The notes under the pieces: model-generated
Told to the model about the DNA's origin: nothing
Seen by the model: only the letters and a program-made list of their open reading frames with translations
Database searches by the model: none
Shown here: positions 50,039-59,351 of the stretch, one piece after another
Layout: each line of letters starts with the position of its first letter
Position numbering within the stretch: position 1 is the first letter of the stretch
NCBI GenBank assembly: GCA_044229845.1
Contig: JBGASG010000005.1
Span: 1 to 64,000, forward strand
Length of the DNA: 64,000 nt
Reading direction: 5' to 3'
Origin: Candidatus Obscuribacteraceae bacterium
GTDB lineage: Bacteria > Cyanobacteriota > Vampirovibrionia > Obscuribacterales > Obscuribacteraceae
Translations under genes and position numbers: made by a program

Positions 50039-50184
50039 TCGGAATCTCCTTTCGAAGTGAGTTCGAATGAAGATCTTCCTCGTGGACCAATAAACAATGT
50101 GGTCCCGTCGATATGCTTAATCGCCGTCCGCTCGCGCCGCAGTCCGGAAGCGAGTGACTGTCCAAATGTTGCGGCGGTTCGTCG

Positions 50185-51957
50185 TTAGGTCACTGCTGTT
50201 AACCGATTCTTGCCGCCAAGCATCTTCTCTAGCCCGGTCGTATCCGAAGGCGATTCCGGCAGCCACTGAACGACGGCAACTCGACTGGAGAGTTGCTTCA
50301 CTTCATCAATGTAGAGCTGCTCGACTTGCTGACGTGCCAGCAAAGTCGGATTCTTGGTTTGAACAGGGGACAGCGATTGATTGATGACCCAGGCAAACGG
50401 ATAGATATCCGCCCGCGCCAAATCTTCCTGAAGGCGCTTTGCCTCATGCACCGGAGTTGCTTCAGGCAAAGTAACGATCAATATGCGCGTGTAATTCTTG
50501 TCTCTCAGGCGCGGCAACAGGTTGATCACTGAGTCTGGCATGTTGCTCGATTGACGCAGCACCTCTTTGTGATATGCCTGGGCCGCATCCAACAACAAGA
50601 TAGTGTGCCCGGTTGGTGCTGTATCCAGAACGACAAAGCCGGACTGCCCAGCGGCTACCTTATTAGCAAAACTTCTAAAGACGGCTACTTCCTCGGTGCA
50701 AGGTGAACGCAGATCTTCATCAAGGAGTGCACGCCCCTGTTCATCGAGGTTGCCACCAGCAGTCTGCATAACTTCGTCTTGATAGGCTTTTGTTTCTTCC
50801 GTAGGATCGATTCGACTAATCGTCAAAAGAGGCACAGGATTCTCAACAACCCATGCAATGTGCGCAGCAGGGTCTGTTGTGGTCAAATGCACAGGGTGAC
50901 CGCGACGAGCCAACTCCACTGCTATCGCTGCTGCAATGCTCGTCTTGCCGACGCCGCCCTTGCCCATGGTCATGATCACGCCCTTGCCCGATTTCTCCAA
51001 GTCATTCACAAGCTCCATTAAAGGCGCCGGGAGTTCTTGATCAGCGGCCAATCCATCAAAAACATGAGCGGAGTGGTCTGCCTCAAACATAACGCGCAGC
51101 GCGTCCACACCAAGTAGGGGTCTTGCGCTGAGCAGCACCTCAAGGGTCGGAAGGACTGACAATTCTTTCGGCATAGAGCTCACCGCAGACTGTCCACGGA
51201 TCAAAAACGCAGATGCGATAGCATCGCCCGTGGTATCAGCCTTCAGCACGCCGTTGAGAACCAGGCATTGATTCTGCACGCCAATCTCCCGCAATTCAAC
51301 ACTCGTTTTCGCCGCCTCTTTCAATGCCGACTGTTCTGGCCGCGATACTAGTATCAGCGTAGTGCGAGCACCGTCCATCAGCGTGCGCACGGATGAAGCA
51401 TAAACTTCTTGCTGCTGTTGGAGTCCTGACAGGGGTCCGAGGCAAGACATGCCGGTTGTATTGTCTTCAATAAAAGTAGTCCAAGACTTAGGCAGCGACA
51501 AGAGCCGCATTGTATGCCCCGTCGGTGCGGTATCAAAAATTACGTGATCGTAGTCAGCGGTGTGACTGGCGTCGCCCAGAAGACGTGCGAATTCATCAAA
51601 TGCAGCTATCTCAGTGGTGCAGGAGCCGGATAGTTGCTCTTCCATACTCTTCAAGCTTGCCTCTGGCAGAAGTCCTCGGTACGGTCCCAACAGCCTCTCC
51701 CGGTACTCGCGTGCGGCCGCCTCGGGATCTATGTTGAGAGCGTCAAGCCCTTTCACACCAGGCACAGCTGTTGGCGTGGAGCTAAGCTCAACGCGCAAAA
51801 CTTCATCCAGGTTTGACGCTGGATCGGTGCTGACGAGAAGCACTCGCTTCCCGGCGTCGGCAAGAGCTATGGCAGTTGCGCATGACACCGAGGTTTTGCC
51901 CACACCACCTTTGCCAGTAAAGAACATGTACTTGGTGGCTTGTTCAACAAGATTCAT
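50185..51957 (-). CDS. arsA: Arsenical pump-driving ATPase
   Basis: Two GKGGVGKT P-loops, two DTAPTGHT motifs, SGSCTTE and SPCTEE. Confidence 0.97.
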   Translation of the reverse strand: MNLVEQATKYMFFTGKGGVGKTSVSCATAIALADAGKRVLLVSTDPASNLDEVLRVELSSTPTAVPGVKGLDALNIDPEAAAREYRERLLGPYRGLLPEASLKSMEEQLSGSCTTEIAAFDEFARLLGDASHTADYDHVIFDTAPTGHTMRLLSLPKSWTTFIEDNTTGMSCLGPLSGLQQQQEVYASSVRTLMDGARTTLILVSRPEQSALKEAAKTSVELREIGVQNQCLVLNGVLKADTTGDAIASAFLIRGQSAVSSMPKELSVLPTLEVLLSARPLLGVDALRVMFEADHSAHVFDGLAADQELPAPLMELVNDLEKSGKGVIMTMGKGGVGKTSIAAAIAVELARRGHPVHLTTTDPAAHIAWVVENPVPLLTISRIDPTEETKAYQDEVMQTAGGNLDEQGRALLDEDLRSPCTEEVAVFRSFANKVAAGQSGFVVLDTAPTGHTILLLDAAQAYHKEVLRQSSNMPDSVINLLPRLRDKNYTRILIVTLPEATPVHEAKRLQEDLARADIYPFAWVINQSLSPVQTKNPTLLARQQVEQLYIDEVKQLSSRVAVVQWLPESPSDTTGLEKMLGGKNRLTAVT

Positions 51958-51996
51958 TTAGGCTCCTTTGAAAATTTTGCTCTGGCACTTCGATGA

Positions 51997-52437
51997 TTAG
52001 CAACAAGAGGATTTCTTGTTTGATTTCTTTTCGGCGGTTTCGTCGCAGCAGGCGTCTTCCGTTGCCGGGACACTGCAGCAACCGGAACCCGCTGAAGAAG
52101 TTGGCTCAACGGTGACCTTCAATCCAGGTTTTGGAGCTTCAAGACCGGCCAAGTGAGCGAGCTTTTCGCGCGTTGGATAAGCGCCCTGTACAACGATTTT
52201 GCCATCTATGAGAATCAAAGGTAAGCAATCATTGCCATGCTCCTTAAGCGCAGTGGTGACAGTTGAATTACTGACGAAGGACTGGGGTTGCTGAGAGAGG
52301 TTGTATCGTTCGACCTCAACGCCCTGGCGCTTCAACCAATCGAGATCCGCACTAAATGCCACAAGAGCGGGGTCTACGCCCGGACCGCAAATGCCCGTCG
52401 AACAGCACATCGGTGGATCGAATATTTGGAATTTCAT
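51997..52437 (-). CDS. arsD: Arsenite metallochaperone ArsD with Cys-rich tail
   Basis: IFDPPMCCSTGICG, RYNLSQQP and YPTRE motifs. Confidence 0.95.
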   Translation of the reverse strand: MKFQIFDPPMCCSTGICGPGVDPALVAFSADLDWLKRQGVEVERYNLSQQPQSFVSNSTVTTALKEHGNDCLPLILIDGKIVVQGAYPTREKLAHLAGLEAPKPGLKVTVEPTSSAGSGCCSVPATEDACCDETAEKKSNKKSSCC

Positions 52438-52474
52438 GTTCACTCTCCTTACTTGTTTTCGCACTTGTTGGTCA

Positions 52475-53563
52475 TTAACATTGCTTACTGGAAGTTCCTT
52501 TCTCATACCAGCCTTTGCTTGTATTGACGATTTTGACAACAGCGAGCATTACCGGTACTTCAATGAGCACACCAACCACTGTGGCAAGCGCGGCGCCGGA
52601 GTTGAAGCCGAATAGGCTGATCGCAGTAGCTACGGCCAGTTCAAAGAAATTGCTGGCTCCGATCAATGCCGATGGACATGCGACGCAGTGGGCGACGCCG
52701 AATTTTCTATTGAGCAAGTATGCAACCGATGAATTGAAGAACACCTGAATCAGAATAGGCACCGCGAGCATCGCAATGACGAGCGGTTGCTTGAGAATGG
52801 CTTCTCCTTGAAATGCAAAGAGCAAAACAAGAGTTGTGAGTAGAGCGGCCAGTGAAACCGGATGCAGAAAAGCTAATGTTTTATCGAATGCTTCTTGTCC
52901 ACGCTTCAGTAACGCGGACCTCCACACCTGTGCAATCAAGACCGGTATCACAATATACAGCCCAACAGAAATGAATAGTGTGTCCCAAGGAACCGTTATA
53001 GAGGACAAGCCCAACAGCAAACCGACAATCGGCGCGAATGCAAAGATCATGATTACATCGTTGACAGCGACTTGCGAAAGCGTGAAGTACGGATCGCCCT
53101 TAGTCAGCTGACTCCAGACAAATACCATGGCGGTGCATGGCGCAGCAGCAAGCAAAATTAACCCTGCGATATAGCTGTCAATCTGATCATTCGGAAGATA
53201 CGGAGCGAACAGAACACGAATAAATACATACGCGAGCAGGGCCATAGAAAACGGCTTGATCGCCCAGTTTATGAACAGCGTGACGCCTACGCCTTTCCAG
53301 TGTTTCTTCACTTGCCCCAGAGCGCTGAAGTCGATTTTCAAAAGCATCGGCACAATCATTAACCAAATCAGCAGTCCGACGGGAATGTTGACACGAGCTA
53401 CTTCGAGCGAGCCGATCAATTTGACCGGACCGGGCAAGAGTTGGCCAAGAATGATCCCGGCTGCAATACAGAGGAAAACCCAGACAGTTAGCCAGCGCTC
53501 GAAGAAACCAATCGTCGCCTCCCTTTGCTCCTTATCCACGATGTCAGTTGGCGAGACGCTCAT
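52475..53563 (-). CDS. acr3: ACR3-family arsenite efflux transporter
   Basis: FFERWLTVWV, APCTAMVFVWS, GASNFFELAVA and GVLIEVPVML motifs. Confidence 0.96.
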   Translation of the reverse strand: MSVSPTDIVDKEQREATIGFFERWLTVWVFLCIAAGIILGQLLPGPVKLIGSLEVARVNIPVGLLIWLMIVPMLLKIDFSALGQVKKHWKGVGVTLFINWAIKPFSMALLAYVFIRVLFAPYLPNDQIDSYIAGLILLAAAPCTAMVFVWSQLTKGDPYFTLSQVAVNDVIMIFAFAPIVGLLLGLSSITVPWDTLFISVGLYIVIPVLIAQVWRSALLKRGQEAFDKTLAFLHPVSLAALLTTLVLLFAFQGEAILKQPLVIAMLAVPILIQVFFNSSVAYLLNRKFGVAHCVACPSALIGASNFFELAVATAISLFGFNSGAALATVVGVLIEVPVMLAVVKIVNTSKGWYEKGTSSKQC

Positions 53564-53570
53564 TTCTCGA

Positions 53571-54167
53571 TTACGCCTCCGCCACTTCATTTGCCGTCGA
53601 GGTCGCTGGTCCACATTGAGTGCCAGGTTCGCAACACGGGCCCGATGAAGCGGTATTGGAACACGACTGTTTTGATGCGGATCTGTTTAGCAACCAGAAT
53701 GATCCAGCAATGGATAAAGTGGTAATGCCGGCCACCAGCGGCTTTGCAAACGGCAAAAAGCCCGCTCCCAGTAAACTTATGTAGACACCCAACATCGGCG
53801 AGCCGCAACAACCGGTCATCCAGCATCCTGCGAATCCAAGAAGCGCGGAGAGGCTCAGACCACCTACGGCTGCTCCTTTGGCAGCGGCTTGTGCCCGATG
53901 TTCAAAGAATTGCCGGATGGCAAATGCAGCAAAAGCCAGAGGCAATGCAATCGAATAGCCGAGCAAGTAACTCTGCGTGCTGATGTATTGGCTGCCGACT
54001 GCGGGCGGGGCTGCACAGGCAGTCTCGCAACTTCCACAGCCGCTTTCGGCCCCGGAGGAAGATCCACCCGAGAGCGCGAACCAAATAAAGTGTCCTGCAA
54101 ATGCCATGACAAAGACAGACAGCGGAAGCAGCGCTCGAACAAGTTTATTGCTGGTATGTTTACTCAT
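53571..54167 (-). CDS. Cys-rich 4-TM membrane protein of unknown function within the ars operon
   Basis: CGSCETAC loop, GCWMTGCCGSP in a TM, C-terminal PCCEPGTQC; tightly spaced between arsC and acr3. Confidence 0.75.
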   Translation of the reverse strand: MSKHTSNKLVRALLPLSVFVMAFAGHFIWFALSGGSSSGAESGCGSCETACAAPPAVGSQYISTQSYLLGYSIALPLAFAAFAIRQFFEHRAQAAAKGAAVGGLSLSALLGFAGCWMTGCCGSPMLGVYISLLGAGFLPFAKPLVAGITTLSIAGSFWLLNRSASKQSCSNTASSGPCCEPGTQCGPATSTANEVAEA

Positions 54168-54193
54168 GAGTTGTTACCACTGTGTTTCGTCTG

Positions 54194-54592
54194 TCATTTA
54201 GTCACTTTTGTTTTGGCGAGTTCTTCGACCTTGGCTTTGATCTCGTCACGCACACGCCGAAACACATCGAGTGGCTGACCTTTCGGATCTTCAATATTCC
54301 AATTCGCTTGCGTGCCAATGAAAGTCGATGGGCAGAAATCAGACGTTTTGACTGAACACATCGAGATTATCGCGTCATAGCTTGCAAGCTTCTCGTTGTC
54401 TATGGCCTTTGAGAACTGATTCGAAATATCTATACCTGCTTCCGCCATTACGTTGACCGCGTTAGGATTTACGCCAGACCCAGCTTTCACGCCAGCGCTT
54501 TCAGCTTCGAGTCCGACCTGGCGTGCAAAGCCCTCCGCAATCTGGCTGCGACAGCTGTTCTCCACGCATATAAATAAGACCTTCAATTGCAA
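54194..54592 (-). CDS. arsC: Arsenate reductase, LMW-PTPase (thioredoxin) type
   Basis: LFICVENSCRSQIAEG, C..C pair, WNIEDPKG and FRRVRDEI motifs; TTG start approximate. Confidence 0.88.
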   Translation of the reverse strand: MQLKVLFICVENSCRSQIAEGFARQVGLEAESAGVKAGSGVNPNAVNVMAEAGIDISNQFSKAIDNEKLASYDAIISMCSVKTSDFCPSTFIGTQANWNIEDPKGQPLDVFRRVRDEIKAKVEELAKTKVTK

Positions 54593-55047
54593 CACCCCTT
54601 CTTTGTGTTTTGTACTGATACTGTCTCTGGTGCGCAGCACGAAGCTTTGCTTTCGCGCAACAACTGCACATCTTCGCCGTACGTGGTCGCTTCTCCGATG
54701 GTCAAGAATGACTCCCAAGCGATTCCTTGCGGGTCATGCACCCAAGTCTTGTCAGATTGCGCGTAGCAACACGTGGTTTTCTCCTGTTCGAGAATTTGTT
54801 GCTTCGCATCTTTCAGACGAACAGTGATTTCTTGGAGTGACTGTTCATCTTCAACTTGAATTCCTAGATGATCAAGACCCGCCTGCGCACCGCGCTTCGA
54901 AATGGCGAAGTTAATGCGCGGATCGTCCAGCATCCACTTCGCGTAGTCTTCTTTTTCGACAGTGGGCTTGGCGTTGAAGAATGTCGAATAAAACTGAATG
55001 GATTGCTCCAAATCAGCTACGGCAACATGTACGTGAAACCTTTTCAT
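54583..55047 (-). CDS. arsI: ArsI/CadI-family glyoxalase-fold protein (C-As lyase-like)
   Basis: MKRFHVHVAV, YAKWMLDDPRINFAIS, HLGIQV and TTCCYA.SDKTW.DPQG..WE motifs. Confidence 0.85.
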   Translation of the reverse strand: MKRFHVHVAVADLEQSIQFYSTFFNAKPTVEKEDYAKWMLDDPRINFAISKRGAQAGLDHLGIQVEDEQSLQEITVRLKDAKQQILEQEKTTCCYAQSDKTWVHDPQGIAWESFLTIGEATTYGEDVQLLRESKASCCAPETVSVQNTKKGCCN

Positions 55048-55346
55048 TGGCATTTGCCTCCATTGTCAGCGCAGCAATTCTCAAGAAGAAAGTTGATCAG
55101 CTTCTGCATATGAGCGAAGTCTGCCGAATAGATGATCGAACGACTTTCCCGTCTGGACGTAATTAGTCCGGCGTTGGTCAATTCCTTTAGATGGAACGAC
55201 ATTGTGGCTGGCGGAAGTCCTAGCCGCTCACTCAACTCACCAGCAGCCAGCCCGCCCGGGCCGGTACGCACCAGCAACCTGAATACTTCCAAACGTGATT
55301 CTTGAGCCAGGGCAGAAAGTGCCCGGACCGCGTCTTTGCTTTTCAT
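55044..55346 (-). CDS. arsR: ArsR/SmtB transcriptional repressor (C-terminal CC type)
   Basis: ALSALAQESRL.VFR.LV, MSFHLKEL and FLLENCC motifs. Confidence 0.93.
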   Translation of the reverse strand: MKSKDAVRALSALAQESRLEVFRLLVRTGPGGLAAGELSERLGLPPATMSFHLKELTNAGLITSRRESRSIIYSADFAHMQKLINFLLENCCADNGGKCQ

Positions 55347-55382
55347 ATTTCCAATATTATCGAACTGTCGAAATAATGTCAA
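55347..55382 (-). promoter_or_regulatory. Sigma70 promoter and ArsR operator of the ars operon
   Basis: TTGACA (55382-55377), 17 bp, TAATAT (55359-55354), then 7 nt to ATG; overlapping dyad TATTTCGA-CAGT-TCGATAATA. Confidence 0.8.
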
Positions 55383-56277
55383 GGCGGCCTCCAAAGTTTG
55401 AGCATACCGGGGACGCCCTGACGCTTCATCGACCGAGCGGAGATCTGCCAATCATCCTTTTTGAGTATTAGGCGTAAATCGCTGGAGATTTATGTTCCGC
55501 GATGCAAGTGCTCAGTCAGCTGCAGCAGGCGTTGTCGGAAACGTGGGCACATATCCATATGCATTGGAACGGGCGAAGGGTTCGCGATCGAAACCACACT
55601 TAGGACCTTAATTGCTTTCAATCGCAAGCAGCAAAGAAAGCTGGTTTCTATAGAGAAATGATTTACATATGCGGTGGCGAGTTCGAGAATTGCTTGATGC
55701 GCGTTGTTGCACGTGGTTTGGCTGGAGGACATTCGGCGCCGGCCCAGCGCCTTCGGGAGATATGCCAAGCGAGCGTGAGAAATCTGCTGCGAGCAGTCCG
55801 AGAGATGGATGGCATTCGCGTGTACCACAACAGTCGTGCCGGGCCACCATAATTGGTACTGGAGGCGATCGGTGGCAAGATGATCCTACAATCAAGCAAT
55901 GCTACAAGCGTTGGTTCAAGCCGGTCCCGAAGAAACGGGAATCTTCGAACCCGGCAGCAGCGGAGTCCCCGGACTGCACAGTTTTTACTCCACCTGATTC
56001 CGGGCCCATTGGCCGATGCAATTCAAGAGACTCCAGACACTTTGTGTCGGATCTGACAATTCGTGCGGAATGCTGTATTTGCCTAACTCCAGTGCTCTCA
56101 TACCCTCTTCCAGTATTGCGTCTTTGCCTTTGTTATCGTCACTAAACCCCAAGGCATGAGTGATCATTCCTTCCAATTCACCGTGTGGAGCAATGAACAA
56201 TCCAAAGGTCGCTAATCCCCGAATGAGGTTTTCAGCTGATGTGCGATGAGGTGGGCCCCGACCTTCGGGCCATTTTC

Positions 56278-57218
56278 CTATATTGGCAAGCTAGTCTTTG
56301 CCGTGGTTGTGTCTTCCTTTACTGATACCACATACGATACTACACGGTCAAGTCCTATTTCCATGTTTTCTCTTTCTCTCGTTGTTTGGTAAACCTCCCA
56401 GGGTGTGCTGTAGCCGAGTGCCTGATGAGGACGCTCGAAGTTGTAGAAACGGAACCAGTCCGCGATGCTCGCTCGTGCTTCTTTGATGTCCTCGTACGCC
56501 TTTAGATAGACCTCTTCGTATTTGAGACTCCTCCAGAGGCGTTCAATGAAGATGTTGTCGAGGAATCGCCCTTTGCCGTCCATGCTAATGGCTATCCGCC
56601 TGTCTTCCAAGACGCCGGTGAAATCGTTGCTTGTAAATTGAGCGCCCTGATCCGTATTGAAGATCTCTGGCGCGCTGTAAGCCAGTGCGTCTTCAAGGCT
56701 TCCGTGCAGAAGCTTGTCTCCATCGAGTTTGATAGACGCCAGGACAGCACGAATCGGCTGTGCCAGTCGATGATCGCGACGAGATAGAGAAAGCCCTTCC
56801 TCATGGGTACGTAAGTGATGTCTGCGGCCCAGACCTGATCAGGGCGGTCGATAGTAACGCCGCGCAGCAGATACGGGTAAATCTTGTTTTCAGGTGCCGG
56901 CTTGCTGGTGCGCGGCTTGCGGTAGACCGCCTCTACACCCATTTTTCGCATGAGTCGCCGAACACGCTTTCGATTGACGGCATAGCCAGCCGTCTTCAGG
57001 GTCTCGGTCATGCGGCGACTCCCGAAGAATGGCGTCTTCATGTATTGCTTGTCGATAAACTGCATTAGCTCCAGATCCTGTGCGGTGGCTTCGGCCTTTT
57101 CGTAGTAAAGGCTCGACCGGTTTATTTCTAGCAGTTCGCACTGATGGCGAATAGATATGGATTTGTTGTCGTGCTCGATCAGCGAGATTCGCTGATCACG
57201 GCTCAGTGACCGAGCTTT
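56278..57218 (-). pseudogene. IS3 transposase OrfB with an internal 1-bp frameshift near 56695
   Basis: WAADITY is in one frame; PEIFNTDQGAQF, MDGKGR and IERLWRSLKYE are in another. Confidence 0.8.
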
Positions 57219-57490
57219 CGTGATAAAAAATCGTTCTCAACTTTCAGCTTGCCAATTTGTTCAAAGAGCTGCGACACGCTTTGGTCGGATAGCTGATCAC
57301 CCTTGGTTGCCGGCGCCTTCTCGAACACTGACGCTGCGTTTTCCAATAGTGCCTTCTTCCATGCGTGTATCTGGTGCGGATGCACCTCGTACTGACTGGC
57401 GAGCTCCGCTACGGTCTTTTCACCGCGCACCGCTTCCAGTGCCACTTTCGCCTTAAAGTCGGCGCTGTGCTTTTTCCTACTTCTCTTCAA
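57203..57490 (-). CDS. IS3 transposase OrfA
   Basis: [16 protein letters not shown]...[11 protein letters not shown] motif. Confidence 0.92.
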   Translation of the reverse strand: MKRSRKKHSADFKAKVALEAVRGEKTVAELASQYEVHPHQIHAWKKALLENAASVFEKAPATKGDQLSDQSVSQLFEQIGKLKVENDFLSRKLGH

Positions 57491-59122
57491 TTCGGCCTCT
57501 TTCTAGCATTGCTAGTTTAGAAGCAAAGGTGTCACTTAGCCAGTGGCCTAAATTGTTGGGACCAGCTCACGAAGCACGTTATCCAGCAAACGAAGACCTT
57601 GACGCTTCAATCGGACTTTGAATGCTTCGTCTGCAGTAAACAAGTTTTGCAACTCTAACTGCAACTCGCTGAGCAATTCCAGAATTTGCTTTTGGTCGTC
57701 GTGAGGAATTTGCAGACGATCAAGAGTCGCCTTTTCCCATTTAATACCTTCAGAGTAGAGTGCGTCGAAGTCAAGCAAGGCTGCCGTCGGGGTGCCTGTC
57801 TTACGCATCACTTGCGCTACTTTTAGTGCTTGGGCATAGCTTCCTGCTGAAACAAAATGTGAATCACGAATGCCACAACTCGGTCTCTGTTGCTGCAAAC
57901 ATCTGTTGAATTCAGTGTAGGCAATCTTATCGAACGCCCCTTCGACGACAACGGTTGCGTCATGAAAGATCCCGTCAAGTGCGTCCGTATTGCGAACTAC
58001 CCGGTCCATGACGAATGGCTCCAGTGCGGATTTCGATACCACACTTGCGGTGCCGTGATCTGATTTCTTTGAGTACGTCAAACGAGCCATTGCAATATCA
58101 TCTGTGCTACTCACGCATCCAGCGACGAAATCGGCGCTGTGCGTTGCGACAATTAGCTGGCCGCTACGTTTTGCGATTTCGCGAACCAAATGTTGAGCAA
58201 ATCGGTTTGCGAGCGGAGGATGCAGATGTAGTTCTGGCTCGTCCAGCAAGACTAGTTTATGTTCGAATGGAAAAATAGACAACACCAGACCGATGAAGGC
58301 ACGGAGTCCATCTCCGAATGAATCTATGCCGATGCCCCGGTCATAATAATCTTGCAGTGTTTTCGATATTATGACTCCAGGCATTTCAATAGGGGGTTGC
58401 TCAGGATTCAATTGCAAGTGCAATTGGCCGCTTTGTAGCTTTTGCACCGCTACGTAGTATCCAGATGCGGGATAAACAATCTCGTTTACTTTATCCAAGC
58501 GCGCTCTATCAGCCAATAAAAGATGATGCACCCAGCGATATCGGTCGCCAGGAATGATGGTGCTAGCGTCTGAATCGCCCGTTATAGCTGTGATACTGTT
58601 CAGCGATGCCATTCTCCGCAATCTGCCGAGATGATTACTGCGCCAGCTCTTCTGATTGAAAAAATTGGGCGTGCAGAACTCTCGCAGAAAAAGGTCAGTG
58701 GCGTTGGACTTTAGGTCTGGTTCGTTTTCCCATTTTGAGTACTCCGCTTCTGAGTATTCCACGAGCTTTAGCGGTTCTAGAAATTTGATTGCCTCATTCC
58801 TATCGAGAATCTTGAACGATGCGTCGCGGAACAATCGTGGCTCTATCGTCTCATGACTGCCGTCATACCATTCCTGAATAGACAACGTAGCTAGCGTCTT
58901 TCCCGACTCATTGGGACCAACAAACAATAAAACGGTTGGTAAGTGTACGGTTTCTCCAGGTTCGGCTCTTCGTGGGCCGTACTTGAATGTGAGTGTATGT
59001 ATTCGGGCCATTTGCAGTATGGTTTTCCCTAAGTGCCCCGGTGATGCCCCGCCAAAATTGGCCACCCCACAAAAAAACCGCTTCGATCTGCGCAAGCGGC
59101 ATCCGCACCAGAGGGGAGAAAT

Positions 59123-59196
59123 TGCGCCGAGAGGGATTCGAACCCCCGACCGACTGGTTCGAAGCCAGTTACTCTATCCAGCTGAGCTATCGGCGC
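59123..59196 (-). tRNA. tRNA-Arg (anticodon TCG)
   Basis: GCGCCGATAGCTCAGCTGGATAGAGTAACTGGCTTCGAACCAGTCGGTCGGGGGTTCGAATCCCTCTCGGCGCA folds as a cloverleaf; loop CTTCGAA; CCA not encoded; TATAAT at 59213-59208. Confidence 0.95.
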
Positions 59197-59259
59197 GAGT
59201 GTCGACAATTATAACTTAGGCACGGAGTTATTTGCCTGTTGTCAGGGATCCGGCGGCCC

Positions 59260-59284
59260 GCCGTTTCTTGCCGGATGCAAAGCG
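59260..59284. repeat. Intergenic 25-bp motif, copy 2
   Basis: GCCGTTTCTTGCCGGATGCAAAGCG, 23/25 identical to 25746-25770. Confidence 0.6.
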
Positions 59285-59351
59285 AAACCCGGCACGATGC
59301 ACGCCGCCGGCGAAATTTCTGGACAAGCGCCCTCAACCGGGCCGCATACAT

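Larger units (their letters stand above)
46709..50180 (-). mobile_element. RIT element (recombinase in trio)
   Basis: Three co-oriented tyrosine recombinases with 4-bp ATGA overlaps; end motifs TTATGTG..17bp..ATATGTTCC and inner GGAACATAAAT; right boundary uncertain. Confidence 0.9.
56247..57569 (-). mobile_element. IS3-family insertion sequence with 3-bp target duplication (CGA)
   Basis: IRs TGAGGTGGGCCCCGACCTTCGGGCCA / TGAGCTGGTCCCAACAATTTAGGCCA; CGA at 56244-56246 and 57570-57572. Confidence 0.93.
55985..59011 (-). pseudogene. OLD-family ATP-dependent nuclease (ABC ATPase + TOPRIM) interrupted by IS3
   Basis: VGPNESGKT, FGDGLR, LLDEPELHLHP, VATHS, VVEGAFD and LLDFD motifs; removing 56247-57572 restores the frame to the stop at 55985. 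Confidence 0.85.

Noticed and set aside
55570..55980. Short ORFs between the ars cluster and the OLD gene, or the radC 3' half
   Set aside because: No recognisable motifs in any frame; treated as decayed DNA.
57548..59095. Gabija or retron system
   Set aside because: OLD-like gene present but no UvrD helicase or reverse transcriptase in the window.
37090..59123. Intact tRNA-integrated prophage or ICE
   Set aside because: No phage structural or conjugation operon, no tRNA-adjacent integrase and no att duplication found by eye.
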